A stretch of 64,000 nucleotides of DNA from Cladosporium halotolerans (Eukaryota): positions 1-64,000 of the forward strand of contig NW_027191498.1 of assembly GCF_011745625.1 (NCBI RefSeq), given 5' to 3'. Position numbers and translations under genes: made by a program. Position 1 is the first letter of the stretch, and the number at the start of each line of letters is the position of its first letter. The notes below the pieces were generated by a model. It was not told the DNA's origin, did not search any database, and saw nothing but the letters and a program-made list of their open reading frames with translations. Of this stretch, positions 48,857 through 60,075 are shown piece by piece.

Positions 48857-49162
48857 AGCGGCGTCTGAGAGAGGTAGGTGTAGGCAAGTGACGGGTCAAA
48901 GATTGCTCAAGGCATTTGTGAGGTAAGGTAGTCGTGGAGGAGGACAAATAAAGGTTCCAGACGAGGCCCGGCAGCGAATGATGAAATGCGGCTGCTCTCC
49001 AGGCGTCGGCCCGCTTTCGGCGTCGCGGGGTCTGATCGCCTGTCTCAGGGAACATTTGACTTCGTCTTCTGACCTGCCGAAGTGAATCGTGAAATAGGCA
49101 AGTGCTATAGATGCTGATACGGCTGTATTTCATTTATTGTTGTCTTGTCTATGTGATCTAAA

Positions 49163-50270
49163 TTATGGCGATTCCTCGCCCAGACCAAACATCCGTATCG
49201 AATTCCGCCATGCCCTGCTGAACGTTAGCATTCACTTTTAGGTCACTGAGAAGCACGCGATCAACTTACGCTTCGACGACTTCCTCTACGCCGATATTCT
49301 TGACGCCAGCGATGACGTGTGCGACGCTCGTGATTTGACAAGGTTCGTTCCTGCCCTTCACCATCGCATCCGGGCTCCACTTCTCCTTCTTGACGGCTTT
49401 TGGCAGAGGTGGTGCATCCTTCAAATACTTTGAGCTGGCGTGGCTGGGTCGAATCTCACACCAAGGCCCATCCGTCTCGATCTGCAGGCGATCTAAGGGC
49501 ACTTCCTTAGCCACCGCCAGATTCTCCTCAGTCTTCAGCGAGCAGCCGTTGATGCCAACATCAAAGCCCAGCGCAACGATCTCTTGCATCTCTTCCAGAG
49601 TACCCGTGAAAGAGTGAACGAGACCGCGCTTGGGCAAATCCCCCAAGCGTTCCTTCAATATCGCCGCAAAGTCTTCCGCAGCGGCTCTCGAGTGCAGAAA
49701 CAGAGGCATCTGCAGCTCGACTGCAATGTCAAGCTGCTTCTTGAAGTAAATCAGCTGCGTCTCCTTGTCGCAGTAGTGAAATCTGTCATAGTCAAGTCCA
49801 AACTCGCCGAATGCGGTTGCTTTACCAGAATCCCTAGCTTCTTGCGCAAGCTTCTTGATCTCTTGAAGGAGAGCGTCAGGTCCACCTGGATACTCCTCGA
49901 AGCTCTTTGCCGAGCAAGGGTGCACGCCTACGGTGGCGTAGCACAAACCGGGAAATTGCTCGGCCAATTTGATGGCATTTTTGCTTTCCTCCAGATCAGA
50001 GCCCGTGACCATCATTTTAGAAACGCCAACCTCGAGGGCTCGCTCGACGACCTTATGGAGATCATCGTCGTGTGCTTTCTTGCCATAGTGTACGCCTCTG
50101 TATATTTGATCAGAAAGATTGATACCAATCTGCCTAGCCATCAATCAGCATTGGACTATATGTCCATGAACACTTGCACTGACGTCTGCGTAACGGAGTC
50201 GCGGTTTGCCTTCGGCATCCGTAACCGAATTCAAGCCTGTCGAGACTGGGTCGAGGGCGGTAGATCCCAT
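49163..50270 (-). CDS. TatD-family deoxyribonuclease; 2 introns; an upstream ATG at 50360 may add a presequence
   Basis: YAD|IGINL, TVGVHP, GEFGLDYD, LFLHSR, VHSFTG, IETDGPW, RNEP; last exon AWRNSIRMFGLGEESP*. Confidence 0.92.
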
Positions 50271-50609
50271 TCTGTAAAATGCGTTTAGTCTGTTTGGCGT
50301 GGTGGCTCTTGTCTGCTGGACGACCCGTCGTAATATGCTCGGTGCAATGCAGTGCCTCATGAATTCCTGCCCGTATTCAATAAAATTGCTTTATTATTCT
50401 GGGCTCTGGAAACAGTTCGTGACAACAGGAGGACGGCTTAATTCTCACCGAGTTGCCACATTGGGAAAGGTGACGTGACAAGGCGGAAGGCAGCCGCGGC
50501 GATCGCAACAACGACGCACAGCGGCGACGCCGTTCGCGACTCCAGCCTCCAGGGCATTTGTGAAGACCCACGACATACCGAAAGCCTCACACCTCACCAC
50601 CGCTTCATC

Positions 50610-52248
50610 ATGGGCGCTTTACTCAGTCTGCCCTTGCTGGCAGTGCCCAGTATCGGCACGGTAAGCTGCGATCGCCCATCCGCCACCAGCTCTTCATGCG
50701 ACAACACAGACTGATCCCTGCGCTCTTCAGATCGCTACCTTCGGAGCATCATGCTGCGGCGCCGCAACGTGCAGCGCAGTCTGCAGCATGTGTGGAAAAT
50801 GCAATAACAGTAAGAGAAGCACACACACGCCGGTCATACCACTACTAACGTGCTCCCCGCCAGGCATCGCAACTCGTATCGCATACGCGGCCATCCTTCT
50901 CCTCAACTCGATCCTGTCATGGCTTACCATGACCGACTGGGCCGTCAAAAAGCTTCAGGGTGTCCTTCTCGACTATGTTACAATCGACTGCGCTGGAAAG
51001 CAGTGCTTCGGATTTGCTGCGGTTCACCGCGTGAATTTCGCCTTGGGCTGCTTCCACGCCATCCACGCCGTGCTCCTCCTGGGAGTCAACAGCTCGAAAG
51101 ACCGCCGCGCGCCTATTCAAAATGGATTTTGGGGACCGAAGATTATCGCATGGCTGGGCCTGATAGTTATCACCTTCTTGATCCCGAACACTTTCTTCGA
51201 GGTCTGGGGCAACTATGTCGCTCTCGTTGGCGCCGTCCTCTTCCTGCTGCTAGGTCTGATCTTGCTGGTGGATCTTGCACACTCTTGGGCCGAACACTGC
51301 ATTGAGAAGATCGAAGACTCAGATTCCAAGCTGTGGCGCGGCCTTCTCATTGGCTCAACCCTTGGCATGTACTTGGGCAGCATTGCCATCACAATTGTCA
51401 TGTACATCTTCTTTGCGCAGTCCAACTGCTCCATGAACCAGGCAGCAATTACGGTAAGTCATGCGGCGTAATTCCTTACATTGCAACAAAACTGATTCTT
51501 CCTCCAGGTGAATTTGATCCTTGTCCTGGGCATCAGCGCGATGGCCATCCACCCGACAGTCCAAGCCTCAAACCCACGCGCTGGCCTTGCCCAAGCTGCT
51601 ACTGTCAGCATCTACTGCACCTACTTGACCCTCTCCGCTGTCGCAATGGAACCGGATGACCAGCACTGCAACCCGCTCGTGCGCGCCAACGGCACGCGCA
51701 AGGCTTCGATCGTTCTTGGTGCGATCGTCACATTCATCACCTGTGCGTACACGACCACCCGTGCCGCAACCTATGGACTTGCCATGGGCTCGAACAAGAG
51801 CGGTGGCAACTACTCGCCCATTGAAGCCGAAGAGGGCGGCCACGATCTCGTCTCGACACAGCCAGAAAGCCGCCGTGCCATGCGTGCTGAAGCTCTCCGC
51901 CGTGCTGTGGAGTCCGGTGCCCTCCCGGCGTCCGCTCTTGACGACGACTCGGACGACGAAGATGATGAGGGCCCGAACAACCGCAACGACGACGAGAAAT
52001 CTCACACGCAGTACAACTACGCGCTCTTCCACGTCATTTTCATGCTGGCGACTGCCTGGATCGCCACGCTCCTGACGCAGAACATTGGCGCTGACAAGCA
52101 CCTGCACACCGGGCACGAAGACTTCGTCCCTGTCGGACGTACGTACTGGGCCAGCTGGGTGAAGATTGTGAGCTCGTGGGTTTGCTATGCCATTTTCGGA
52201 TGGACCCTGATGGCGCCTGTTGTTCTTCCAGACCGATTTGAGTATTAG
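50610..52248 (+). CDS. TMS1: Serine incorporator (Serinc/TDE) membrane protein; 3 introns
   Basis: MGALLSLPLL..SCCGAATCS..CGKCNN, IQNGFWGPK, YNYALFHVIF, WASWVKI, APVVLPDRF. Confidence 0.93.
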
Positions 52249-52563
52249 TCTGACAGTAGGGTAATCGTCGCTGAAATTCGTAGTGTACATACTTGTTACT
52301 TCTCCAATGGCTTAATCTTGCATATTATGATATTCGTTTTGATTAGCCAGTCTTTGAGGACTACGCGCGAGGCAAATTTCATTCGCAAGAGCAACAGTCT
52401 CCTTGGTTGTCTACACAAGGTCGATAGCCTGCAGTGCGGTGCTAGTATGATATGCTTTATGTTCGCAATGTATTTATTCGAATGATCGTGGCCAAATCAT
52501 GGCAACACTGCGCGAGTTCATTAAGCATTTGTCATGTACAATACTCTACAGTCATCATCATCG

Positions 52564-54360
52564 TCAACCTCTCCCCCATCTCTTCCAAAACTTCCAACCC
52601 CCGCCCCCTTCTCTTCGCCCACTCTCCTTCTTACTCCCCACTCTCCACCAATACAACGGCATCCCCACTGCAATGAACGCAACCACAACCAGCGCCTGCA
52701 GCGGCTTCGCAAACACCGCGCGCGACAGCAAAAACAAGCTGACGCAGCAGAAGATGACCGGGGTCACGATCCAGCATTTGTAGGGCCGCTCGAGGTCCGG
52801 CTCGCGCACGCGCAGTACGATCAGGCCGACGACGCTGAGGAAGTAGAACAGGTACGACGCCACGCCGTAGAAGGTCGTCAGCGTCGTGAAGTCCCCAATC
52901 ACCACGTACACGCTCGTCAGCGCCGTGTTCAGCAGCATCGCGTAGATGGGCGTGTAGAAGAAGCCCTGCTCGTCCGCGATCCAGCGCGTGAGGGAGCGCG
53001 CGCGGGACGAGCGCCGCGGCAGCCGAATTTGTTGGCGCGATGAGACGCCGGTCGTGCCGAAGAGGGAGGGGATGTAGCCTTCTTTGCCTGCGGCGTAGAC
53101 TAGGCGGCCCGCGGTGAAGGTTGTTGCGTTCAGAGCGCCGAAGCAGGAGCCAGAGACTGTTAGGGCAAGGATTAGACCGCCCACAGGGCCGAGAACTGTG
53201 CTGCCGAAGGCGACAGCAACGGTGTTGGAGGCGTTGATTGTGGCGGTTGGGAGGACGAAGATGTAGCTGAGGTTGGCGAGGAGGTAGGCCAAGATGACAA
53301 GAGGGACGGAAGTGTGGATGGTGCGTGGTAGGTCGCGGCCAGGGTTGACCATTTCGCCGACGACATAGTTCGTGTTGTCCCAGCCGTCGTAGGCCCAGAG
53401 GCCTGCATACAAAGCGACCGCCCACTCCGAGGATGAGTGCGAGGTTCCTTCGAACCAAGAAGTATTCTTCCATGTTTGGGCGAGATTCTCCTTGTGGTAG
53501 GACCAGCCAGTGGCCGCGACAACGATGCCCAGCACGGTGATGGCCAGCAGAGCAACAAACTTCAAGAACATGAACAGGTCCGCACTCCGGGCTCCAAGCT
53601 TTGTCGATATCGAGTTGATCGCGGTCACGATGAAAAGGCTCAGCATGGCAACGCCCTTGTTGATCCAAGGACTCGCTTCCGCCGCGTCAACACCAATGAT
53701 TGCGCGCACAATGTACTCTCCAAAGATGATAGCGATGATGGCGGCACTTCCAGGTTTCAACACTGTGACCGCACACCATGTGAACAAGAACCCTGCCCAC
53801 TCTCCGAAGATCTTGCTTAGGTAGACCTGCGGTCCACCGTTCAGCGGAATGGCACCTCCCAACTCTGCATAGCTTGCTGCGCCTGTCCATGCCAGCAATC
53901 CAGCAACAGCCCAAACGATTAATGCCGCGCCTGGCGAGCCCGCATTTTGATTGACCGAAGCCGGCGACGAGAATATCCCAGACCCAATGATCAAGCCCAC
54001 GACCAGCGACAGGCCATTCAAGAACGTCAAGCTCTTGTGTTTCTCCAAGCTCTGTGCTCCTAGCTCAACATCCACCCCTGAAGGCGTTCCGAGCGCCGAG
54101 TATCCTGCACCAGAAGAAGACAAGGGAAACATCGCGCCTGCGAAATCGAATGCCGACGAAACGGAGTAGCTGCGCCTGCCATTTTGGAGGGGCCGCTCTG
54201 GTTGCGGATCCGAGAAGGAGAGTTTGCGACTCGAAGGGATGCCGGAGGATGAAGATTCGAAGCTTCCACGCGCTTCGGATTCGTGGTTTGAGGATGCGAG
54301 CGACGCGAGTTCAAGAGAGTCGCGTGGAGGTGCTAATGCGCGGGATGGTGAATGCGCCAT
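52564..54360 (-). CDS. APC-superfamily L-type amino acid transporter (LAT/Mup-like)
   Basis: GLIIGSGIFSSP, SYAELG, GLWAYDGW, multiple TM segments. Confidence 0.92.
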   Translation of the reverse strand: MAHSPSRALAPPRDSLELASLASSNHESEARGSFESSSSGIPSSRKLSFSDPQPERPLQNGRRSYSVSSAFDFAGAMFPLSSSGAGYSALGTPSGVDVELGAQSLEKHKSLTFLNGLSLVVGLIIGSGIFSSPASVNQNAGSPGAALIVWAVAGLLAWTGAASYAELGGAIPLNGGPQVYLSKIFGEWAGFLFTWCAVTVLKPGSAAIIAIIFGEYIVRAIIGVDAAEASPWINKGVAMLSLFIVTAINSISTKLGARSADLFMFLKFVALLAITVLGIVVAATGWSYHKENLAQTWKNTSWFEGTSHSSSEWAVALYAGLWAYDGWDNTNYVVGEMVNPGRDLPRTIHTSVPLVILAYLLANLSYIFVLPTATINASNTVAVAFGSTVLGPVGGLILALTVSGSCFGALNATTFTAGRLVYAAGKEGYIPSLFGTTGVSSRQQIRLPRRSSRARSLTRWIADEQGFFYTPIYAMLLNTALTSVYVVIGDFTTLTTFYGVASYLFYFLSVVGLIVLRVREPDLERPYKCWIVTPVIFCCVSLFLLSRAVFAKPLQALVVVAFIAVGMPLYWWRVGSKKESGRREGGGGWKFWKRWGRG

Positions 54361-55139
54361 GTGTGCTGAGGGTGAGGGCTGTGGCCTGCCCCGAGCGTAG
54401 TCGTATGTATTATCGTCGCCAGAATATAATTGGAATAACGTCCATAGCCAGAATTATCGAATGTACCTATGCTGTACACGTGAATTAATATGGATTTGTT
54501 TGTTGCTCGGTACTTGAGGTGTTAGGGTACAGGGCTTGTACGGGACGCGCGCAGCAAGTAGGCTGCATAGGGGAAAGCTTCGCCAAGAGTCCTGCTTTGT
54601 TTGCTTGTACAACGCTCGCCATGCATTATTTGATCATTTCATATCATCTGGATCGTTGTACAATTTATATCATACATCCTCAATCCAGCAAACACTGTTA
54701 TTAATGATGCTGGATCATCGGGCCGCACGCTTTGCCCGTTCCTTCTCCGACTCTTTGCATACACGAATCTTGTGCCAAGCGCTGGATCGGTCATTCTCCG
54801 TAGCCTGATGCGCCCTTGGAAACCCTACAGTAGTCTAAGCAAACTAGGCACCCTGTTTCGTCAAGGGCGTGCGTGAACAAGTTACGCGTGTGACTAATTC
54901 GTCGACACCTTTCGCGTCTCAAGACCGTCCCCCGAGCTAGGTTGCATGTAAAGCCGGGACAACGTCTGTTGACCATTGCACTTGCTTGTCATTGGTATTC
55001 CCGGGAACACTGTCGGTGTGCTGCTCAAGCGATCTGAATGTGGTTTTGATCTCGGTATAGAGATTTCCTTCGGACCACTGTAAGTAGCCACCAAAAGATC
55101 GGAGGTGGTGTGCTCCAGTCTCCCACGCTTCTGTACACC

Positions 55140-55916
55140 TCACTCGTCGTCAGAATCTTCTCCCTCCGCCTCAACCGCATCGCCACCACCCTCGGTCTTC
55201 TTAGCCTTCTCCTTTGCCTTCCTCTTGACTTTCTTTTCACGATTGCGTCGCGTGCGCTTCTCCTTTTCGGCTTCGTCTTTGGCTTCTTTGGCTTTTTGCG
55301 CGGCCTCTTGCTTTGCCTTCGTTGCCGCTGTTTTGGTTCGCATCTTGATCCTCAATTTTTTGCCAGCCCTCCTTCGCTTTGAAGGAGCTTCAAGGCGGCC
55401 GAGCTTAGCGAATCCTTCTGTTTGAAGCCTGGCTGCTCGCGAAAGTTGATCCGCCGACATATGCAAGACTTTCCAGTTGTATGCGCTGCCAGGACGCGGA
55501 AGTGTTGAGAGTTTCAGGATCTGTTCGGCGGAAATAGCGGAGGCATTGAACGCCGCTTTATCTTGGCCACTGGCGGTTTCGGCAAAGTAGTAGCGCTGAG
55601 GCCTGCTGGGCTTGAGAAACCCTACTTGTGTAGGGTCTACTGAAGGCGATCGTACCCTGATCTTTTGTACTGTTGGTTGCTCCGGTTGTTGCGCGTCCGT
55701 GGCAGCTGGCTTTGATGGGGCAAAAAGGCGGAACATCATCTCTTCGTCTTCGTCATCCTGTGTTGGTTCAACTGACGCATCGTCCATTTGAACATCTTCT
55801 GTGGTGAATTGTAGCGAGTTCAAGTTGCGCAGTCTTTGCAGTGCCTCGTCGTCAGAAGGGGGCGAAGGCGAGGCTGATACTGAGCGAAGCTCAGATCTGA
55901 GAACGGGGCGCTCCAT
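55140..55916 (-). CDS. Fungal DUF2011-like basic protein
   Basis: FRLFA..IRVRSPS..RPQRYYFA..KRRRAGKK..EKRTRRNREKKVKRK pattern. Start placed at MERPV. Confidence 0.72.
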   Translation of the reverse strand: MERPVLRSELRSVSASPSPPSDDEALQRLRNLNSLQFTTEDVQMDDASVEPTQDDEDEEMMFRLFAPSKPAATDAQQPEQPTVQKIRVRSPSVDPTQVGFLKPSRPQRYYFAETASGQDKAAFNASAISAEQILKLSTLPRPGSAYNWKVLHMSADQLSRAARLQTEGFAKLGRLEAPSKRRRAGKKLRIKMRTKTAATKAKQEAAQKAKEAKDEAEKEKRTRRNREKKVKRKAKEKAKKTEGGGDAVEAEGEDSDDE

Positions 55917-56334
55917 TGTGACACCCGACAGAATTGATAGAGATGCCTTCGGGCTCACTCGATGGTCGTTCCGGCAGCTCAATTTAACTTATGGCAATCC
56001 GCGTGGTTTGCGAGGCTCCAAAAGTCGGATGCCCAGAAATGTCTAGCGGCAGAGAGCAGACCAAATCCAGATGTTCTGACAGTCAATTCCTCTTCGTCGT
56101 CTGTCTTCCTTCTTATAGCTCTTCGGCCCGTGCGCGTCTTTCCAATTGTTAATGCTCAAGTCACCCGACAGACGTCGCATATGAGGGTCAGGGCAAGTCG
56201 CAAATTCATTGGAGTGCCTCAGGCCTCCGTGTCAGGGCGTCCGTTCCGAAAGCCTGGCGCGGCGTGCGCGGGCAACGTCGCGAACGACAACCAAGTCCAA
56301 TGAGATATACATCGCCATTCTCCAGAGTTCAAGC

Positions 56335-57500
56335 ATGGATCCCTCAATAGCGAGAGCGGTGTTCACAAGCGCTTTGCTTCGCACAGATGAGGCCGCGCCT
56401 GAGATCAAGCGGGAAGACGCCACATCGTTCACCAAAACTTTACTGAGAACGCTGAACATCTGCACCGGTCGTGAGATCAAGGTTCGTGAGGAAGACTACT
56501 TGCAATCAGCAGTGACAGCATAGCTGCTACGACCATCAAGCGACGATCGGAGCTGTGACACGTTTTTGCTGATTTGGTCAATCTGCAGGCTTGCAAGGAC
56601 TTCATTGTCAGGAATATTATCGCATCCAGTGCGAGGACCGCTGCTCTGACCAAATACCTTCTTTTCTTAAGCAAGATATGTGCTCCCAGAACCTCGGGAT
56701 CGATTGTCGAGGGATCTAAGCCACGAGAGGAAGACGAGGGTCTTGCAAGCACAGCGGATGGTAAGCTCATGCAACCGCCCAATGCTGCTTTCAAACGTGT
56801 GCATATCCTTTACATCGTTCACGATGTACTTTGCTTCATCATCGTTCGGTCGCGGGACGCGCAGCATGCCCAGCACATCCTCTACAACGACGCGGCTATC
56901 GGAACCCTCAAGGGCCACGCGGGCGTTCTCGCACAGCTTGCGGCGTGCTCTGCACACAAATCTTTCGCACACAGCACCCTCGACTCAGTAAAACGAGTGC
57001 TGAAAGTATGGCGGAAGCTCAAGGTCCTTGACTCGGATACGCTCAGCAGCATTGAGTCAAAATGCGAAGAAGCCAGCACGACATCCTGGAATGACATGCA
57101 ACAGAAACTCGCTGCAGACGAGGCTCAAGCAGTGCTTGATGAGCAAAGGCGGCTTGAAGAAGACAAAAAGTGGATTCTCCCTATGCAGCATCACCTACCA
57201 CACGACCCTTCAGCCCCGTGGCACGAGCTTCCGGCTGCCAACGCTCTTGTCCAAAAACGAACGCAAGGCTACCCTCTGCGAGCGGGCGATTTACCACCAG
57301 GTGGCTATCGCCTGAGGAATGGTGGACATCAGGCTGATAATTCGCTAAAGGCGGATGTCGAGGAGTTGCACAAAGAAGCGCTAAGATGCTTTGACAAATA
57401 CACCAACGCTGAAGATGTTGAAGACATCGATGCATTGGGCAACATCGTTTGGAAAGACCGACCGATTCGGAATTATTGGGGCCTTGAGGTCAAGCCTTGA
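56335..57500 (+). CDS. CID (RNA Pol II CTD-interacting)-like domain protein; one intron
   Basis: CTGREIK|ACKDFI..KRVHILYIVHDVL..VLKVW; APWHELPA; DIDALG. Confidence 0.65.
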
Positions 57501-57603
57501 GAGTTCGATGGGATGACTTTGAAGTGAAGTGCCATGGGAGCTTCAATTTGAAGAGCTTTATTCTCCGATAACAAATACCGATCCAGACATTCTTCCTAGG
57601 AGT

Positions 57604-58547
57604 TCACGCTTTCCCAGAAGACTTGATGTGATCCATCCAGAATTCCATCTGTTTTTGAATGATCGTCGTACCGTCTTCGATTACCTGCGTGAGAGGTACC
57701 TTGCCCGTCTTTTGTGCTATGAAGTCATTATACTCACTCAACACCAGTTTGTTTGCATTGATGCGAGTGACGCCGCGCTCGATGCACTTGGCCATTATGT
57801 CCGGGGGAAATTCGTTGGTACCATGTAAGACCACTTGCACCTTGCCGTGGGTCTTCTCATAGATGCTCTCTAACCTAGATATAGACTGTCAGATTGCTGC
57901 AATATTCTTGGAATGGAACCTCGTGGGGCTCACCTCTCATAGTCAAGATGGATGTTCTCTACGCCATGATAGTCACCATGTACATTGCCAAAAGCCGGCG
58001 CAATGAAATCGATCCCAGTCGCCACGAAATCGTCAATCTCCTCCGCCGTGGTCATCATCCCCTGTAGCTCCGCAGTGTCTTTCACGCCGTCCTCACCACC
58101 CTCTATCCTTCCGGGCTCGGCCTCAGTCGCAATACCTCGGGAGTGGCACAGCGCCACCAACTCCTTTGTCTTGGCTAAGTTCTCTTCTTTCTCGTGATGG
58201 CTCATGTCAACCATGATTGAATCGAAAGCAGGCGTCCCATCTGCTGCTTTGATGGCTGACGCTTGCTTGATAATTTCAGGATCTTGAGCATGGTCCATGT
58301 GCAGGGTGACAGGTACGGTAGCCTTTCGAATGGCGAGGGCACAGAAGTCAACGAGAAGAGGAGAATACTTCAGAGCCCAGGGGAAGAGGAGGATCTGGAG
58401 AGGAGATCTCTTGTTTTCGGCGGCTTTGATGCATGCAACGACTGTTTCCATGTTGTACGCCACGACACCAAGGACGCCGTATTTGCCTTCTGCCGCTGCA
58501 TCGAGCATCCTAACAGCGCGATTATTGGAGAGTTTTGAAGACGACAT
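57604..58547 (-). CDS. Class II ketose-bisphosphate aldolase-like protein (not the main glycolytic FBA1 type); one intron
   Basis: LHMDHA, SIMVDMS, EAEPGRIEGGEDG, AFGNVHG, VLHGT, RINAN. Confidence 0.9.
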
Positions 58548-59016
58548 GATGACAATGGGTTGATTCTCTTTAGTACAGGCCCCAGAAATTGGATCTGAGT
58601 CTTGGGTTGAAAGGACAGTGAGGAATCTCGATTCTAGAATTGTACTGGGGGTGAAATGCGTTGTGACCAAATTGCTACAATCTGATGATGAGTCAATGCA
58701 AACGTGTTTTTGGATGTACCTTATTAGTCTTTGGTGTGTCGTCCAATGTGTCGCGCTGCGGGGCACAATCTTTGGCATCGGCCTCGGGTTTTGGAGGGGG
58801 ATCCTCGCCCTCGGGCAAACATTGTCCGACCGACGACATCGGCAACGGAGGCTGCGTCGCCAGTGGTGGGGTATCCGAGGGGCGACAGTCGGCCTTCGCA
58901 GAAATGACATACCTCGGGGATCACGATTGAGTACATGTACAGTTTTCTGAAACGATTTCCACAATACTTTACTTTCTCCAAATTCACAGCTAGAACTCTC
59001 GATCTTAACAGCCAAG

Positions 59017-59964
59017 ATGAAGATCCTGATTACTGGCGCCGGAGGCTTCGTTGGTCAACTTCTGGCCGAACATCTTCTCAATGACAAGCACCAAGTAATT
59101 CTGGTCGACATCTTCGAGCCTCCTGTTCCTCAAAAGGCCTCGAATAAGCAAAATGCCACCACAATCAAAGCAGACCTAGCCCAAGATGCCTCCTCCGTTC
59201 TCTCAAAAGACCTCGACGCCCTCTACGTCTTCCACGGTATCATGTCCGCAGGCAGCGAGGAGAATTTCGATCTCGGATACCGCGTGAACCTGCACTCCAC
59301 CCTTAACCTGCTCGAAGCCGTCCGACAAGTTTGCCCTGGCGTGCGGTGGATCTACGCCTCCAGCACCGCCATCTTCGGCCAGCCACTGCCCGCAATGCCA
59401 TCGGAGGCGACAGTACCCACGCCACAGAGCAGCTACGGCACGCAGAAGATGATGATTGAGGCGGCAATCAACGACTACACGCGCCGAGGCTTCATCAACG
59501 GCTTCACGCTGCGCTTCCCGACCATCTCTGTCCGTCCCGGCAAGCCTACTCAGGCGGCGAGCAGCTGGATGAGTGGCATCATCCGCGAGCCGCTGCAGGG
59601 CAAGGAGAGCGTGCTGCCCTGCGACGACGATTTTGAGTGCTGGCTGTGCTCGCCGAGGACGCTGGTCAGGAATTTGGTGCACACGCTTACGCTACAGCGC
59701 GAGTGTATGCCGACGCACGTCAGGCAGATCATGCTTCCCGGCATCACTGCCAATGTGGCTCAGATGATGCAGGCGCTGAAGGACGTTGGCGGCGATCAGG
59801 CAGTAAGCCTGGTGAAGAGGGAGAAGGCATCGCCTGAGATCAAGGCTATGCTTGATAGTTGGCCAATTCGCTTCGACATTTCCAAGGCTCTTGGACTCGG
59901 TTACGTGGCGGACGGTAGCTTCAAGGATGCTGTTGAAGACTTTGCGGCCAGTCTCAAGGAATAA
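59017..59964 (+). CDS. NAD-dependent epimerase/dehydratase-fold enzyme, D-erythronate dehydrogenase (DenD)-like; intronless
   Basis: ILITGAGGFVG, IMSAGSEENFDLGYRVN, SYGTQK, DYTRRGF, LRFPTISVRPGKP, SGIIREPL. Confidence 0.85.
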   Translation: MKILITGAGGFVGQLLAEHLLNDKHQVILVDIFEPPVPQKASNKQNATTIKADLAQDASSVLSKDLDALYVFHGIMSAGSEENFDLGYRVNLHSTLNLLEAVRQVCPGVRWIYASSTAIFGQPLPAMPSEATVPTPQSSYGTQKMMIEAAINDYTRRGFINGFTLRFPTISVRPGKPTQAASSWMSGIIREPLQGKESVLPCDDDFECWLCSPRTLVRNLVHTLTLQRECMPTHVRQIMLPGITANVAQMMQALKDVGGDQAVSLVKREKASPEIKAMLDSWPIRFDISKALGLGYVADGSFKDAVEDFAASLKE

Positions 59965-60075
59965 GCAGCAGACTTTCAAAATTTTCAACATCTATCTTGG
60001 GTATCTGAGATGCTATATATGCTTCATGTATCTGAATGATGTTGACCCTTTCTTGCGTTTTATCATTTCATCGTA

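Noticed and set aside
48972..49042. ATGATGA...CTGA with a short terminal stem and a 9-nt match to 18S (GCGGCTGCT)
   Set aside because: Only ~58 nt from C box to D box, no D' box after the match and no host intron. Too weak to call a snoRNA.
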